From the sequence record OY744514.1: a DNA stretch of 32,000 nucleotides; one strand, written 5' to 3'. The notes under the pieces were generated by a model. It had not been told where the DNA came from. It did not search any database and worked only from the letters and a program-made list of their open reading frames with translations. A program made the position numbers and the translations under genes. Positions 29,689 to 32,000 of this stretch are shown here, one piece after another. Each line of letters begins with the position of its first letter. Within the stretch, counting starts at the first letter, position 1.

Positions 29689-29760
29689 TGGGTTACCTAG
29701 GACTCGAACCTAGAACTAATCGGTTAAAAGCCGAGTACTCTACCATTGAGTTAGTAACCC
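29689..29760 (-). tRNA. trnK-UUU: tRNA-Lys (UUU), no intron
   Basis: Reverse complement is gggttactaactcaatggtagagtactcggcttttaaccgattagttctaggttcgagtcctaggtaaccca. The anticodon loop is CTTTTAA. Confidence 0.9.
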
Positions 29761-29992
29761 TGACAAAAATAAAATTATATATATATAAAAAAAATTTAAT
29801 AAAAAGAAAATATTTATATAAATAAATATATTAAATTTTATAGAATTTTACAAGGTTTTATAAATTTTTGTTTGTTTTATTTTGAATCAATGATTAGTTT
29901 TTTTTGAATATTATATAATATATATATATTCAAGATCACATTTTTTTTAAATGGAAAGAAAAATTTTATAAAAAGATATAAAGATAAAATAT

Positions 29993-30081
29993 AAAATAAT
30001 TTAAACTTCTATTTTGAATTTTAAGTCAAAATAGAAGTTTAAATTATTTTATACTTTTGCTTGCAAACATTGTTTGCAAGT
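29993..30081 (-). terminator. Two 3' stem-loops downstream of psb30
   Basis: A 25-bp perfect inverted repeat pairs 29993-30017 with 30026-30050 (aaaataatttaaacttctattttga and its complement). The small cassette cttgcaaac-att-gtttgcaag follows at 30061-30081. Confidence 0.6.
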
Positions 30082-30084
30082 TAT

Positions 30085-30186
30085 TTATAAATTCCCACCA
30101 CGAGCTGATAATAAAACAACTACGATAGGTCCAGCAGCAACAATTAAAAGTAAACTAGCAAGTTGAATAATAATATCTACGTTCAT
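30085..30186 (-). CDS. psb30: Photosystem II protein Psb30 (Ycf12), 33 aa
   Basis: Hand translation of the minus strand gives [33 protein letters not shown]. This is a single TM helix with the conserved ..GP..V.LL.AR.GNL C-terminus. It falls below the 60-aa cutoff of the ORF track. Confidence 0.8.
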   Translation of the reverse strand: MNVDIIIQLASLLLIVAAGPIVVVLLSARGGNL

Positions 30187-30256
30187 AAAATGAAATATAA
30201 GAAAAAATTAAAATTTAGTATCAAAAAAAAATCAAAAAGTAATAAAAAATTGAAGT

Positions 30257-30304
30257 AATATTTTGATTAAATCCTATAAAATTATAGGATTTAATCAAAA
30301 TATT
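30257..30304. other. Perfect 23-bp-arm palindrome between chlB and psb30
   Basis: aatattttgattaaatcctataa (30257-30279) is the reverse complement of 30282-30304. Confidence 0.85.
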
Positions 30305-30329
30305 AAAATTAATGACAAAGTAATTCTTT

Positions 30330-30580
30330 AATTTACTTTTGCTCTTCCTCCTTCTTTCCATGCGACACTCAGCAAAGGAGTGAACCAAAGGAAGGGCACG
30401 CAAAAGCTATGCATCTTCATCTCCGTAGGAAGCTGCGCTCTCCTTTTTCTTCGCTCTGCCTTGCGCTGCATCGCTCCTTCTTCGCTTTGCGAAGAAGCGA
30501 AGAAGGAGCGATGCATAACTTTTGCTCTTCTTCACTTCACTAAGGAGTGAAGCAAAAGAAGTAAATTAAAAACTTAAAGT
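30330..30580. repeat. SDR block with inverted family termini, directly after the chlB stop
   Basis: It starts with aatttacttttgctcttcc. It contains gcaaaagctatgcatc and the hairpin gctccttcttcgctttgcgaagaagcgaagaaggagc (30472-30509). It ends with gcaaaagaagtaaattaaaaacttaaag. Confidence 0.9.
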
Positions 30581-30584
30581 ATTA

Positions 30585-32000
30585 TTAAGCATTAACAGCT
30601 TCTTTAGCTGCAAACATTATTTCTAATGTAATAAATGAATGGTTATTTTCCAAAGCAAATTTTTCAACATTTTTTTTAACTTTTCCACGAACAAAACCAG
30701 GCACTCCAGATAATTCTTTTAAAGCTTCATCAGACCATTTGAATTTATTATTTTCATTTTGGTTGCCTTCATCAATTTTAGATTGGTGACTGCTAATAGG
30801 TGACTGCAAAGAATTAACATCTTTACTTTTTAAAGAAGATACTTGCATTTTTGTGTCATGACCATTAAAAATTTCAAGTAAATGGTCTTCCATTCCTAAA
30901 GTGAATGAATTATAAACTAAATCAGCAATCTGATTTGTACCTTCATAACCAAGAAAAGGGCGATAAGATAATGGGAAATTTTGAATATGTACAGGAGCAG
31001 AGATAACTCCACAAGGAATTTCAAGTTTTTTACCAATATGTCTTTCCATTTGAGTTCCAAAAATGGCAGCTGGTTCTAAACGAGTAATCATATCTCCAAC
31101 TTTAGTATGATCATCTGTAATTAAAACTTGATCACAATATCCTAAAACTTGCTCACGAAACCAATCAGCATCATGCTTGCAATAAGTTCCTGCACAAACA
31201 ACTTGAAGTCCCATTTCTGTTGTTAATATTTTGGTCATAGCAGCCGCATGCGTTGCATCTCCAAAAACAACAGTTCTTTTTCCTGTTAAATTTTGACAAT
31301 CAATTGAACGAGAAAACCACGCAGCTTGAGAAATAAACTGAGTTTGTTTTTTTATATAATTTTGAAAAAAAACTTTATTCAAATATTTTCCATAAATTAT
31401 TGATAAATTTGTTTGATTGTTTAAAATCAAAGATTCTTTCTGTCGCTTCGCAAGAAGTGCGTTTTTTTTGTCTTCATTTTCATTAGAAGAAGAGCTAAAT
31501 TTTATTTTTTTATTTTTAAATGTAGAACAAATTAAAGTTTCTAAAACTTGATGGATTTGTGAAATAAATTGAGAAGTTTGTTGAATTCCCATTGGAGTTG
31601 TTGAAATAAATGGCATTTGATATTCTTTTTCTAAAAAATCTGCTGTCATTAGACCAACTTCTCTGTAAGGTACAATATTAAACCATGCTTTTGTTAAGTT
31701 TTTTAATTCATGAACAGAACTTCCTTCAGGAATAACTAAATTTACTTCAATATTTAAATCAGTTAATAAACGTTTTAATTCTCTACAATCATGTTGATTA
31801 TGAAATCCTAAAGTAAAAATACCTAAAATATTAACAGAAGGTTTTTCTGTTTTTTCTACGAGTTGTTCAATACCTTGTGATTTTGAATCATTTGATGTTT
31901 CAAATGATGTGTTTTGTGATACAAAAGAATTATCAATTTTCTTTTTAGTTTCACGTTCAATATAAAATCGAACAATTTGTTCTAAAGTACGATCTGCTGC
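30585..32000 (-). CDS. chlB: Light-independent protochlorophyllide reductase subunit B; 5' end lies beyond the window
   Basis: The track ORF 30585-31649 extends upstream in-frame to the window edge ([17 protein letters not shown]...[76 protein letters not shown]...). Conserved ChlB blocks are present: [69 protein letters not shown]. There are low-complexity insertions. Confidence 0.95.
   Translation of the reverse strand, partial: AADRTLEQIVRFYIERETKKKIDNSFVSQNTSFETSNDSKSQGIEQLVEKTEKPSVNILGIFTLGFHNQHDCRELKRLLTDLNIEVNLVIPEGSSVHELKNLTKAWFNIVPYREVGLMTADFLEKEYQMPFISTTPMGIQQTSQFISQIHQVLETLICSTFKNKKIKFSSSSNENEDKKNALLAKRQKESLILNNQTNLSIIYGKYLNKVFFQNYIKKQTQFISQAAWFSRSIDCQNLTGKRTVVFGDATHAAAMTKILTTEMGLQVVCAGTYCKHDADWFREQVLGYCDQVLITDDHTKVGDMITRLEPAAIFGTQMERHIGKKLEIPCGVISAPVHIQNFPLSYRPFLGYEGTNQIADLVYNSFTLGMEDHLLEIFNGHDTKMQVSSLKSKDVNSLQSPISSHQSKIDEGNQNENNKFKWSDEALKELSGVPGFVRGKVKKNVEKFALENNHSFITLEIMFAAKEAVNA

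Overview
The window is AT-rich chloroplast DNA of a green alga, most consistent with a chlorophycean, Chlamydomonas-like plastid. The taxon is inferred from gene content and rRNA architecture. On the minus strand lie a giant ycf1-type ORF that runs off the left edge, trnS-GCU, and an rRNA operon. The operon reads 16S, trnI-GAU, a fragmented-type 23S, then 5S. The 16S gene carries two large insertions at universally conserved sites, and the 23S gene carries three spacer-like insertions. On the plus strand lie atpH, atpF, rbcL, trnY, rps11, trnD, rps7, atpE and trnS-UGA. On the minus strand at the right end lie trnH, trnK, psb30 (missed by the ORF track) and the 3' part of chlB. The most striking feature is a dense population of GC-rich short dispersed repeats (SDRs). 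They fill nearly every intergenic region, carry conserved terminal motifs, sit in-frame inside ycf1, and make up the rRNA spacer insertions. They generate dozens of phantom low-complexity ORFs on both strands. Other notable items are a locally amplified TTCGAA-palindrome repeat family with tandem arrays (16.5-18.4 kb) and a decayed reverse-transcriptase/maturase relic (25.3-26.3 kb). There are also two near-identical divergent sigma70-type promoter boxes, and no trnA in the 16S-23S spacer. No CRISPR array, defence island or intact mobile element can be supported. All calls rest on reading the sequence and recalled family motifs; no searches were run.
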